A stretch of 64,000 nucleotides of DNA, taken from assembly GCA_964426305.1 (NCBI GenBank), contig CAYRPO010000001.1, positions 732-64,731 on the forward strand. Reading direction: 5' to 3'. Positions 7,055 through 16,085 of the stretch are shown piece by piece (within the stretch, counting starts at the first letter, position 1; each line of letters begins with the position of its first letter). Under the pieces are notes generated by a model. That model searched no databases. It was given only the letters and a program-made list of their open reading frames with translations, and had not been told where the DNA came from. Made by a program: the position numbers and the translations under genes. This stretch comes from an uncultured Candidatus Saccharibacteria bacterium (GTDB lineage: Bacteria; Patescibacteriota; Saccharimonadia; Saccharimonadales; CAIOMD01).

Positions 7055-8431
7055 GTGTCCGAAACATATACACAAACATCTATACATAAAGTCGAGCGTA
7101 CATTGCTGCGCTCTGAGCGTCGTGCAGCGAACTTTGCGAAAAGCATGCTGCACTACAAACGATATAGTCGTTTTTTGCGCATTTTGGGGCCTGGTGTCGT
7201 TACGGGCGCTGCCGACGATGATCCGTCCGGTATCGCGACGTATTCACAGGCTGGGTCGATGTTTGGCTTTGGCTTGTTATGGGCGTTTCCTCTTATGTAC
7301 CCGCTACTGATGGCCGTGCAAGAGTCTTGTGCTCGTATTGGCGCCGTAACTGGCCGTGGCCTGGCGGCTGTGATCAAGGATCACTACAGCAGAAAGCTGT
7401 TATATGCAGCTGTTGCGTTAGTTGTAGTTGCCAATACTATCAATATTGGAGCCGATTTAGGTGCGATGGCAGCAACGACACAGTTATTAATCCCGCTGCC
7501 TTTTAGTGTCTTGGCGATTGCGTTTGCGGCGCTAACATTGCTGTTAGTCTTGACGATTCCATATAAAACGTACGCCAAAATACTCAAATGGCTGGCCCTG
7601 GCTTTGTTCGCGTACCCGCTCACGGCCTTGTTGGTAAGTGTCGACTGGGGTACAGTGCTGCGGGCGACCTTTATGCCAACATTTGCACCTACTACCGAAG
7701 TGTTGTTTTTGTTGGTAGGCATGTTGGGCACGACTATATCGCCATATCTGTTCTTTTGGGATACGTCGGAGGTCGTGGAGGAGGAGATAGCAAAACACCG
7801 CCTAAAGCTATCTAGTACCGATGGGCCGCGTCTGAGTAAACGCTTCTTGCGTAGCGTACGCATAGATACTTTTTTTGGCATGACAATTGCCGTGCTCACA
7901 GCGTGGTTCATAGTAGTGACATGTGCGTCGGTATTGCATCAAAATGGTATCACGCAAATCGAGACTGCAGCAGATGCGGCGCGTGCAATTGAGCCCCTTG
8001 TGCAAGGATTCCCCGACGCAGGCTTGGTTGCGAAGTTAATTTTTGCAATTGGCGTGGTTGGCCTAGGGCTTCTTGCTGTGCCAGTACTGGCGGGGTCGGC
8101 AGCCTACGCCATTAGCGAAGCAGCCGGCTGGAAAGAGGGCCTGCATTACAGGTATAAGCGGGCAAGTGGATTTTATGGTGTTATCATTGTTGCTACCATT
8201 GCTGGACTTGCATTGAATTTTATGGGCGTTAATCCAATCAATGCACTAGTTTTTGCGGCGGTATTTAACGGTGTGGCAGCGGTGCCGCTAATCTTGCTTA
8301 TTTTACGTATTGGTCGCAATCCTGAAATTATGGGTGAGCATGTTAATGGCCGCGTAGCGACAACATTTGTTTCACTTGCGTTCTTGGTTATGTTATGCGC
8401 AGTGGTCGTGTTATTTATATCGTTGCTATAA
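7055..8431 (+). CDS. Nramp-family divalent metal cation transporter
   Basis: The ORF is 458 aa and polytopic. LGPGVVTGAADDDPSGIATYSQAGSMFGFGLLW is the Nramp/MntH-related N-terminal signature. The start is GTG, with an alternative ATG at 7145. Confidence 0.8.
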   Translation: MSETYTQTSIHKVERTLLRSERRAANFAKSMLHYKRYSRFLRILGPGVVTGAADDDPSGIATYSQAGSMFGFGLLWAFPLMYPLLMAVQESCARIGAVTGRGLAAVIKDHYSRKLLYAAVALVVVANTINIGADLGAMAATTQLLIPLPFSVLAIAFAALTLLLVLTIPYKTYAKILKWLALALFAYPLTALLVSVDWGTVLRATFMPTFAPTTEVLFLLVGMLGTTISPYLFFWDTSEVVEEEIAKHRLKLSSTDGPRLSKRFLRSVRIDTFFGMTIAVLTAWFIVVTCASVLHQNGITQIETAADAARAIEPLVQGFPDAGLVAKLIFAIGVVGLGLLAVPVLAGSAAYAISEAAGWKEGLHYRYKRASGFYGVIIVATIAGLALNFMGVNPINALVFAAVFNGVAAVPLILLILRIGRNPEIMGEHVNGRVATTFVSLAFLVMLCAVVVLFISLL

Positions 8432-8477
8432 GCGCTGCCACAGCGTAATCTCAGCAGAAAGTGTACAATACGTACAT

Positions 8478-9161
8478 ATGAAAGTACTGATTGTCGAAGA
8501 CGAACACAAAATTGCAAATGCTCTCAAGAAAGGGCTTGAACAGGAACGTTACAGTGTTGAAGTCATTTATGATGGCGACAGCGGTCTTGCTGCTGTACTG
8601 GGTGATACATACGATGTACTTGTCTTGGATCGCATGCTGCCCGGAAGCGTTGACGGGGTTGAGATCTGTAAACAAGCACGGGCAAACGGCATACACACGC
8701 CAATTTTGTTTTTGACCGCCAAAGATCATGTCAAAGATCGTGTTGAAGGTCTTGACGCAGGGGCAGACGACTACTTGGTGAAGCCGTTTTCGTTCGAGGA
8801 GCTGCTTGCGCGTTTGCGTGCTTTGCTACGACGACCACAGGATGCCCTTGACGGTGTGCTAGCGGCTGGAGACATTACGCTTGATACCGCCAACTATCTG
8901 GTTTCTCGAGGAGGTATACCTGTGCAGCTGTCTCGGCGAGAATTTACGCTGCTTGAGTATTTGATGCGAAATGAGGGACGAGTACTGTCAAAAGATACGA
9001 TCATGAATCACGTATGGGATTTTGATACCGATATATTACCCAACACAGTTGAAGTGTACATGGGGTACTTGCGCAATAAGTTAGAAAAACCATTCCAAGG
9101 ACCTGACCTTATTCATACAGTTCGTGGATTTGGCTATAGGTTTGGCATAGACACGAAATGA
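8478..9161 (+). CDS. OmpR-family response regulator
   Basis: The receiver domain is MKVLIVEDE...VLVLDRMLPG...FLTAKD. The winged-helix C-terminus is RREFTLLEYLM...VRGFGYRF. The track ORF from 8367 is an upstream read-through extension. Confidence 0.9.
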   Translation: MKVLIVEDEHKIANALKKGLEQERYSVEVIYDGDSGLAAVLGDTYDVLVLDRMLPGSVDGVEICKQARANGIHTPILFLTAKDHVKDRVEGLDAGADDYLVKPFSFEELLARLRALLRRPQDALDGVLAAGDITLDTANYLVSRGGIPVQLSRREFTLLEYLMRNEGRVLSKDTIMNHVWDFDTDILPNTVEVYMGYLRNKLEKPFQGPDLIHTVRGFGYRFGIDTK

Positions 9162-10150
9162 TCGAGTCTGCCGTTACGAAACTGACGTTTGCATACTTGG
9201 CAATTTTGATGTGTTTAAGCATTGGGTTTAGCCTGTTGCTGTACCGTGTTTCCAGCGTTGCACTGGCTAATGGCTTACGACAGCCCAGGCAGGCTGTTTT
9301 TCGTGAAACGAGTTTGTATGACTTTGAAGCTTTCCGACAAGACCGACTCGGCGAAGCGCGTAGTGATGTTCGTGATGCATTGATTGTGCTGAATGTCATT
9401 ACGTTTGCTGGAGGCTTTGCTGCAAGCTATGTGCTCGCGCGACGGACACTTGAACCAATTGAGCGGGCAATGACAAGCCAAAAGCGATTCGCAGCCGACG
9501 CAAGTCACGAACTGCGAACACCGCTCACATCTATGCAATCTGAAATCGAAGTCGCGTTGCGCGATCCAAAGTTAAAAATAGGCGAAGCGCGCGAACTACT
9601 GGCAAGCAATCTTGAAGAAGTACAGCGTTTACGAAAACTGTCTGACAATCTATTGTTACTAGCTCGACAGGAAAAGAAAGACACTGCAACTACAAGAAAT
9701 GTCAAGATACAGAAGCTGCTGCTTGATGTCGTTGAATCTGTCGAAAAACAAGCCGACGCCAAACATATTCAAATCAACCTACCAAATACCAAAGCAGAGC
9801 TCAAAATAGATGACGAAAGTTTTCGCACGATCATAAAAATACTGCTCGATAATGCAATTAAATACAGCGACAACAGGACGACTATATCGCTTGATGCGGT
9901 CACAAAAAACGGTAGTCTCATCGTTTCGGTTGCAGATCAAGGAGCTGGCATCGCAGAAGCTGATCAGGATCGTATTTTTGAACGATTTTATCGGGCTGAT
10001 TCATCACGTTCATCGACGCAGGCAGAAGGACATGGCCTAGGTCTATCAATCGCTAAAAAACTAGCCGATACACACGGCTGGCTCATTACTGTCGACAGCA
10101 CTTTGGGTAGCGGTTCGGTCTTTCGTGTGCAAATACCCGCTACAGCTTAG
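9158..10150 (+). CDS. Sensor histidine kinase (HisKA and HATPase_c domains)
   Basis: It has an H-box FAADASHELRTPLT, an N-box LLDNAIKYS and G-boxes DQGAGI / GHGLGLSI. There is a 4-nt ATGA overlap with the response regulator. Confidence 0.9.
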   Translation: MIESAVTKLTFAYLAILMCLSIGFSLLLYRVSSVALANGLRQPRQAVFRETSLYDFEAFRQDRLGEARSDVRDALIVLNVITFAGGFAASYVLARRTLEPIERAMTSQKRFAADASHELRTPLTSMQSEIEVALRDPKLKIGEARELLASNLEEVQRLRKLSDNLLLLARQEKKDTATTRNVKIQKLLLDVVESVEKQADAKHIQINLPNTKAELKIDDESFRTIIKILLDNAIKYSDNRTTISLDAVTKNGSLIVSVADQGAGIAEADQDRIFERFYRADSSRSSTQAEGHGLGLSIAKKLADTHGWLITVDSTLGSGSVFRVQIPATA

Positions 10151-11376
10151 CTAGTTTGCTGACTTGTTTGAGCACTTATGGCGGATTGGCACAGGTAGCA
10201 CCGTTCTTCTTCGGCATTCGTATGGCTCCAGACACCAAATGCTTTTCGAATGCCCATGACATCGCTATAGCCGATGAAGTCAGCGATGCTTCTGAGGCCG
10301 GCAGCAATGCGACCCTCGAAACTCAACGAACCATAGTTCACTACTGCCCATGACCTACCCGCCGGTACGATTGCGATTGGTTTCAGAGGTTGGTAATTTT
10401 TCGTGTATGCGCGATGATTGACAGCGGCTTTTATGTGTTTGGCAACGTAACGAGCATCATGCACAGCGGTCAAGGCCAGCCCACTGTATGGCGTTGCGGC
10501 ATTATCGCCGATTACAAATGTTCGCGCATCTACGCGAAGCTGAGCATCGACAATGACTTTGCCTCGTTCGTTCATATGAAATTGCGCGCCATTTTTTGCA
10601 TAAAATGGATTGTTTGTTGTACCGGCAGTCCAAATCACTGTTTTTGTGGGTATGCTTTTGCCGCTAGCGCATAGACTTGTCTCGGTTTCGGCTTCAACTT
10701 TTGCTCCCAGCTGTAAACGGATGCCGAGCTTATGAAGCCTACGGGCAATTGATGCCGAGGCTGTTTCTGATAGAAGTGGTGTCGGCCGATGAGCGGCTTC
10801 AATCAACGATATGTTGACCTTAGCTTTTTTCAGCCCGTGACGTCGAACGACTCGCTTCATGTATGAACCAAGTGCGGCAGCTGTTTCGACGCCAGTTGGT
10901 CCAGCCCCTACGATCACGTAGTTTTTGTCTGGCGCCTGTTCGTCGATCAAAGTTTGGTGCAAGTGATGACGAAGCTCTCGTATATCACGAGGTGTCTTGA
11001 CGCCATACGAATGGGCTTCTAGGCCAGGGATATTGAAATAACTGGTCACTACCCCCAGAGCTAATACAGCATAATCATAATGCAGGTCAGTACCACCGCT
11101 GAGTCGTATGGTGCGCTTCTGGCAATCGATACGCAGTGCCTGTGCATGCACAAAAGTTACATTTGGCAGGTCATTAATTATATGGGAAATTGGGATGATA
11201 GCCTCACGTTCCCTATGTCCGATTGCAACGCGATACAGGGCAGGGCAATATCGAAAAGTTGCAGTGTCTGAAACAATCGTAATGCGTAATTGCGCACGAT
11301 CAACATGTTTCAGCGATCGCGCAAGCGACAATCCTGCAAAACCGCCCCCAACAATAACTAAATGAGTTCGAAGCAT
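10147..11376 (-). CDS. ndh: Type II NADH dehydrogenase (NDH-2)-like FAD-dependent pyridine nucleotide-disulfide oxidoreductase
   Basis: Two dinucleotide-binding motifs are present (VIVGGGFAGLS and VIVGAGPTGVE), plus FVIGDNA. Length is 409 aa. Confidence 0.8.
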   Translation of the reverse strand: MLRTHLVIVGGGFAGLSLARSLKHVDRAQLRITIVSDTATFRYCPALYRVAIGHREREAIIPISHIINDLPNVTFVHAQALRIDCQKRTIRLSGGTDLHYDYAVLALGVVTSYFNIPGLEAHSYGVKTPRDIRELRHHLHQTLIDEQAPDKNYVIVGAGPTGVETAAALGSYMKRVVRRHGLKKAKVNISLIEAAHRPTPLLSETASASIARRLHKLGIRLQLGAKVEAETETSLCASGKSIPTKTVIWTAGTTNNPFYAKNGAQFHMNERGKVIVDAQLRVDARTFVIGDNAATPYSGLALTAVHDARYVAKHIKAAVNHRAYTKNYQPLKPIAIVPAGRSWAVVNYGSLSFEGRIAAGLRSIADFIGYSDVMGIRKAFGVWSHTNAEEERCYLCQSAISAQTSQQTS

Positions 11377-11458
11377 TAGCAGTATTTTATCATGAATCGA
11401 GGGACCGCATAGCGAGAGAATGCTTATGTTTGGTATGATTGTATGCTAACGTAAATGC

Positions 11459-13111
11459 ATGAGTGAACTAAAAGAAAAATTACAAGCCATATTTCAAGGT
11501 GAAGTAGACGATACGCAAGACACGCGAATGCACTATAGCCATGATGCGAGTATGTTTGAGATGGTGCCACAAGTTGTGGCGTTCCCAAAAGATGCAAGCG
11601 ACGTTCGTGCCGCCGTGAGATTTGTTAGTGAGAATAAAAAGAATCAGCCAGAACTTGCGCTGGTTGCGCGTAGTGGTGGTACATGTATGTCAGGTGGCTC
11701 GATCGGTGATTCGATCATCCTGGATTTTAACAAGTATATGGTTGGTACGCGCGATGTAAGTACCGAGCAGGCATCGGTACTTCCTGGCACTTTTTATCGA
11801 GATTTCGAAAAAGAAACATTGGCCGTCGGCTCATTGATGCCTAGTTATCCAGCCTCACGCGACTTGTGCACGGTTGGTGGCATGGTCGCTAACAATGCCG
11901 GAGGCGAGAAGTCGCTCGTGTACGGTAAAACTGAAAAGTTTGTGCGCGAACTCAGAGTTGTCTTTGGTGATGGCAACGAATACGTGGTGAAGCCATTAAA
12001 CAAAGAGCAGTTAGATGCCAAAATTGCACAAGGTGATTACGAGGGCGAACTATACCGAAAGACATTTGAACTTGTCGACGGTAACTACGACCAACTCAAA
12101 GAAGCCAAACCCAAAGTGTCTAAAGATTCGACTGGATATCATCTGTGGAATATCTGGGACCGGGAAACAGGTGTCTTTGATCTGACGCAAGCGATTGTAG
12201 GTTCACAGGGAACGCTTGGTCTTGTGACCGATATTACATTCGGTTTAGTGCCTGCGCCGAAACACTCCGGCACTTTGGTGGTCTTTTTGCGCAACATTGA
12301 CAACCTGGGTGAACTTATAGATACGGTCCTTGAGTCAAAACCTCATACATTCGAGGGCTTTGACAACTACACACTGATGCTTAGCTTTAAGCTATTCTTT
12401 TTCTTTCACAAGACAATTGGCTGGTGGAATACGATCAAGTTAGCAATCCAACTTCTCCCCGATGCACTCATGCTGTTCCGCGGCATACCAAAATATGTAT
12501 TGCTGATCGAGTTTGTTGGTGATACGCCAGAGGAAGTGTCGCAAAAGGTACACGACATGCATGCTCGACTAAAACCATATGGACATGAGGCAACGTTCGA
12601 AGAAGACGATACCGAAGAAAAAGAAAAGAAATTCTGGATTATGCGACGACAGAGCTTCAACTTGCTGCGCCAGAAAGTCAAAGACAAGCACACAGCGCCA
12701 TTTATGGATGATCTAATCGTGAAGCCGGAGTATTTGCCAAAGTTCCTGCCAGAAATTCGGTCAATCATCAATAAATACAAACTGCTTGCGACCATTGCTG
12801 GGCATATGGGGGACGGTAATTTTCACATCATTCCGCTCATGAAAATCGAAGACCCAAAAGAAAAGGCAAAACTAGAGCCAGCCATGCGCGAAATTAACGC
12901 ACTGATTTTCAAATATGGTGGCTCGCTGAGCGGCGAGCACAACGATGGCATGATTCGTGGCCCGTGGCTAGAAACAATGTATGGCCCTGACATGTTTATG
13001 CATTTTAAAGAGCTAAAGAGCATTTTTGATCCGCAGAATATCTTTAACCCGCACAAAAAGACCGATTCCGACTGGACTTTTAGTATGGCGCACATACGCG
13101 ATCATTTTTAA
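11459..13111 (+). CDS. FAD-binding (PCMH-type) oxidoreductase, GlcD/D-lactate dehydrogenase-like
   Basis: The ORF is 550 aa. It carries RSGGTCMSGGS, VGGMVANNAGGEKS and the C-terminal GGSLSGEHNDGMIR motifs typical of FAD-linked oxidases. Confidence 0.8.
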   Translation: MSELKEKLQAIFQGEVDDTQDTRMHYSHDASMFEMVPQVVAFPKDASDVRAAVRFVSENKKNQPELALVARSGGTCMSGGSIGDSIILDFNKYMVGTRDVSTEQASVLPGTFYRDFEKETLAVGSLMPSYPASRDLCTVGGMVANNAGGEKSLVYGKTEKFVRELRVVFGDGNEYVVKPLNKEQLDAKIAQGDYEGELYRKTFELVDGNYDQLKEAKPKVSKDSTGYHLWNIWDRETGVFDLTQAIVGSQGTLGLVTDITFGLVPAPKHSGTLVVFLRNIDNLGELIDTVLESKPHTFEGFDNYTLMLSFKLFFFFHKTIGWWNTIKLAIQLLPDALMLFRGIPKYVLLIEFVGDTPEEVSQKVHDMHARLKPYGHEATFEEDDTEEKEKKFWIMRRQSFNLLRQKVKDKHTAPFMDDLIVKPEYLPKFLPEIRSIINKYKLLATIAGHMGDGNFHIIPLMKIEDPKEKAKLEPAMREINALIFKYGGSLSGEHNDGMIRGPWLETMYGPDMFMHFKELKSIFDPQNIFNPHKKTDSDWTFSMAHIRDHF

Positions 13112-13130
13112 TGAAGCAGGACGTATATAT

Positions 13131-13170
13131 AAAAAGAAGCGGAGTAGCGACCGCTTCTTTTTAGTTTTTT
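13131..13170 (+). terminator. Intrinsic terminator after the FAD oxidase gene
   Basis: GAAGCGG (13136..13142) pairs with CCGCTTC (13151..13157) and is followed by TTTTTAGTTTTTT. An A-tract lies upstream. Confidence 0.7.
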
Positions 13171-13206
13171 GAGCAATCATGGTAGTATTGAAGCATTAAC
13201 AATTTT

Positions 13207-13362
13207 GTATCGCGAGTGCGGTGAGAGTTCTAGCTCTTTGACCCGCCGGCAACCATGGCAGTTCGTCAACGGTGCCCCATCTAGTCAGTGTTTCACTGAA
13301 AGATACGTTTCAAAAGCATCCTTTTGACGGCGCGCACTCGCATGCAACCCAATCGAAAGGAT
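13207..13362 (+). promoter_or_regulatory. SAM-I riboswitch (aptamer 13207..13306) with an SD-sequestering expression platform, upstream of metK
   Basis: It aligns by hand to the T. tengcongensis SAM-I aptamer. P1 is GTATC/GATAC and P2 is GAGtGCGGtGAGAG...CTCTtTGAcCCGCC. The conserved GGCAACC...GGTGCC (P3), P4 CAGTGtttCACTG and AAAGATAC are all present. ATCCTTT (13318..13324) is complementary to the SD AAAGGAT (13356..13362). Confidence 0.8.
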
Positions 13363-13368
13363 ATTTTT

Positions 13369-14478
13369 ATGTCAAAAACAATCCGTGTTAGTGAGTCAGT
13401 TTGCGCTGGACACCCAGACAAGTTAGCTGATCGTATCAGCGACAGTATTTTGGATGCTGCGCTTGAGCAGGATGCGTATGCTCGGGTTGCCGTCGAGACA
13501 CTTGTGGCAAATAACAATGTAACATTGGCAGGCGAGATTACGACGACCGCAAAGCTAGACTATGAAACGATCGTTCGCGACGTCATCGCCGGACAAGGTT
13601 ATACCGAGCCAGAATGGGGTTTCTCTCATGAATCATCGATTACCAACTTGCTGCATCATCAGTCGCCCGAGATTGCCGTTGGCGTAGATGATTTTGGTGC
13701 TGGAGATCAGGGATTGATGTATGGCTATGCTACAGACGAGACCGATAACCGAATGCCATTGCCGCTTGCATTGTCACATGCCATTACAAAGGGTATCGAC
13801 ACTGCTCGAGTACATGGAGATGTCTCATTCTTACGTCCTGACGGCAAGGCTCAAGTGGTAATTTTGTACGAAGATGATCGTCCAAAAAGCGTTCAGCACA
13901 TTACAGCTGCTGTTGCACATACCGAGGATGTGTCATCCGAGCAGGTTCGCCAGGCTGTTATTCAGGCAGTTCTTGAACCGGTGCTCAAGAAATTTAAGCT
14001 TGAATTGCCGAAGACGGAAAATATTGTCGTCAATGGTACTGGCTTGTGGCATATTCCTGGTCCGTTTAGCGACTCTGGACTTACTGGTCGTAAGATCGTG
14101 GTTGACACCTATGGTGGTGCCGCGAAGGTTGGTGGCGGAGCTTTCTCGGGTAAAGATCCAAGCAAAGTCGATCGTTCGGGGGCTTACGCCGCCAGATACA
14201 TCGCCAGTAACTTAGTCGCGAAAGGATTGGCGCGCAGGGCCGAAGTGTGTTTGGCGTACTATATTGGCGCGAAGCAGCCAATAGTAAAAACGGTCGAGAC
14301 ATTTGGAACGGCAACAGTTTCACAGTCGAAGCTCGATACGTTCGTCAACGAGATCATAGACAGTTCGGTGCGTGGCATCATCGAAATACTTGATCTACGA
14401 AAGCCACACTATGCAAATACTAGCGCATATGGCCATTTTGGCCGTCCAGAATTTACTTGGGAACGTATTGCAAATTAA
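13369..14478 (+). CDS. metK: S-adenosylmethionine synthetase
   Basis: ESVCAGHPDKLADRISDSILDA, GAGDQGLMYGYA and GGGAFSGKDPSKVDRSGAY are canonical MetK motifs. The start is taken at ATG 13369 after the AAAGGA SD. Confidence 0.95.
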   Translation: MSKTIRVSESVCAGHPDKLADRISDSILDAALEQDAYARVAVETLVANNNVTLAGEITTTAKLDYETIVRDVIAGQGYTEPEWGFSHESSITNLLHHQSPEIAVGVDDFGAGDQGLMYGYATDETDNRMPLPLALSHAITKGIDTARVHGDVSFLRPDGKAQVVILYEDDRPKSVQHITAAVAHTEDVSSEQVRQAVIQAVLEPVLKKFKLELPKTENIVVNGTGLWHIPGPFSDSGLTGRKIVVDTYGGAAKVGGGAFSGKDPSKVDRSGAYAARYIASNLVAKGLARRAEVCLAYYIGAKQPIVKTVETFGTATVSQSKLDTFVNEIIDSSVRGIIEILDLRKPHYANTSAYGHFGRPEFTWERIAN

Positions 14479-14554
14479 ATCACAAAGAGGCACTATAACT
14501 ATAAGCGTTTTTCACGGAACACGTGGCTATATCATAGTAAACAAAGGAACCTAC

Positions 14555-15259
14555 ATGAGACAAAAGTCAAAATATGGCTCTGTTGCGTTCGTATTCGTAG
14601 CAAGCCTCATACTGGGCATCACTAGCCCTGTGTGGGCTGAAAGTGGTAGTGATGGCAGCACGGACGATACGGTGACCACAAGTTCGACCGACGATACGAG
14701 CAAGTTGGACACAAAAAGTACCGTGGACCAGAAAAAAGTTCAGTTACGTATCGATGAACTAAAGAAGAAGAGCGCAGAGCGTGTCGCAAAGCTTGAAGCG
14801 GCGCAAAAAAAGACCGAAGAGCAACGCAAGAAAACATGTGAAACGAAGAAATCAAAAATCAATGCTGAACTCGACAAAAGAGCGGCCTCGGCACAAAAAC
14901 ATCTCGCAGTTTTTGACAAACTACTCACCAAGATTGAGACACTTAAGGCGACCAAAAATATTGATGTCGCAAATTATGATGCATTAGTCGCTGACGTCAA
15001 GGCGAAGCAAGCGGCTGCACAAGAAGCAGTTGCTGCACTGGAGTCTTTAAACATTGATGTAGACTGTACAAATGTTGACACTGCTACGGCAAAATTGTCT
15101 GACTATAGAGAAGCGCTCGTATCGGCCCGTGACGCACTCAAATCATACAGGACGAGCATCAAAGATTTGCTCGTTGCTGTAAAGACTAGTATCTCTGTAT
15201 CGGAAAGGCCAACAACAGAGTCTACTACAACCACAAGCGAAAGTGAGGCACGACAATGA
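14555..15259 (+). CDS. Secreted Lys/Ala-rich coiled-coil protein (hypothetical)
   Basis: ATG 14555 follows AAAGGAAC. The signal peptide is MRQKSKYGSVAFVFVASLILGITSPVWA|ES, followed by a long KKxxE/AA-rich helical region. The track ORF from 14372 overlaps the metK 3' end. Confidence 0.6.
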   Translation: MRQKSKYGSVAFVFVASLILGITSPVWAESGSDGSTDDTVTTSSTDDTSKLDTKSTVDQKKVQLRIDELKKKSAERVAKLEAAQKKTEEQRKKTCETKKSKINAELDKRAASAQKHLAVFDKLLTKIETLKATKNIDVANYDALVADVKAKQAAAQEAVAALESLNIDVDCTNVDTATAKLSDYREALVSARDALKSYRTSIKDLLVAVKTSISVSERPTTESTTTTSESEARQ

Positions 15260-15531
15260 TGCGATCTCCAACACAACGTGGATTCGCCCACATAGCTGTC
15301 CTGGTATTGGCAATATTGGTTGTGGGTGTGGTTGGTTTTGCGGGGTGGAAGGTATACGATGCGAATAATGCGGCAAAGCCCGCAGCAGAACCCGCAGGGT
15401 CTTCCGCAACTACGCAAGCACAATCTAGCAAGGAAACAGTTCAAGTAGTAGAAAAAGAGCTTGTCGATACGGCTGCAATAGATAAGGATCTAGATTCTGC
15501 TGCTCTCGACACAGATCTCAGCGATCTGTAG
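15256..15531 (+). CDS. Small membrane-anchored protein (91 aa) with a pilin-like N-terminus lacking Glu5
   Basis: QRG|FAHIAVLVLAILVVGVVGFAGWKVY is followed by a low-complexity acidic tail. There is an ATGA overlap with the upstream gene. Confidence 0.45.
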   Translation: MMRSPTQRGFAHIAVLVLAILVVGVVGFAGWKVYDANNAAKPAAEPAGSSATTQAQSSKETVQVVEKELVDTAAIDKDLDSAALDTDLSDL

Positions 15532-15558
15532 TTGCTCCGTCGGCATATGTATATGTTT

Positions 15559-15590
15559 CACGCCCTCAGTTTTTTTGAGGGCGTGATGTT
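15559..15590 (+). terminator. Intrinsic terminator
   Basis: CACGCCCTCA (15559..15568) pairs with TGAGGGCGTG (15576..15585). The loop is T-rich and a short T-containing tail follows. Confidence 0.6.
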
Positions 15591-15604
15591 GTATAATTGC
15601 ACGT

Positions 15605-16084
15605 ATGCATACACCAAACCGAACAGATATGAACATACATGTACAAAAAGCATTACGATTTACGGACCGATACGTTGATTATGGCCTATGGGCCATCGGT
15701 ACCTTGTCAATTTTTGGCAGCTTGTATTACAGCGAAGTCGAAAAATTGATTCCATGTACACTATGCTGGTGGCAAAGAATTCTGATGTATCCTATTGCCA
15801 TCATTATGTCAGTTGGCATCCTGCGCAATGACAAAGCAGCTCCATTCTATGTATTACCGCTGGCGGTGATCGGTGTGTGCGTGAGCGGATACCATACATT
15901 GTTGCAATGGGGCGTAGTGACGGAGTCTGTTTTGAGCTGTTCTGCGCAGTCCGCTGTGTCTTGCGCCAAGGCCGATATCAATTACCTAGGTTTTGTCACT
16001 ATACCATTCTTAGCATTTATGGGTTTTTCCGCAGCGACGCTACTGTGTGGCGTTCGTTATTTTGCGCAAAAGCAGGCCAAATAG
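15605..16084 (+). CDS. Disulfide bond formation protein, DsbB/BdbC family
   Basis: It has four TM segments, the CTLCWWQRILMYP motif (CxxC at the end of TM1) and a second Cys pair (CSAQSAVSC). Confidence 0.75.
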   Translation: MHTPNRTDMNIHVQKALRFTDRYVDYGLWAIGTLSIFGSLYYSEVEKLIPCTLCWWQRILMYPIAIIMSVGILRNDKAAPFYVLPLAVIGVCVSGYHTLLQWGVVTESVLSCSAQSAVSCAKADINYLGFVTIPFLAFMGFSAATLLCGVRYFAQKQAK

Positions 16085-16085
16085 T

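Noticed and set aside
10147-10150. Convergent overlap of the histidine kinase and NDH-2 stop codons (TAG 10148..10150 versus TAA on the minus strand at 10149..10147) with no terminator between them
   Set aside because: It is real in the sequence but is probably just genome compaction. No further signal was seen.
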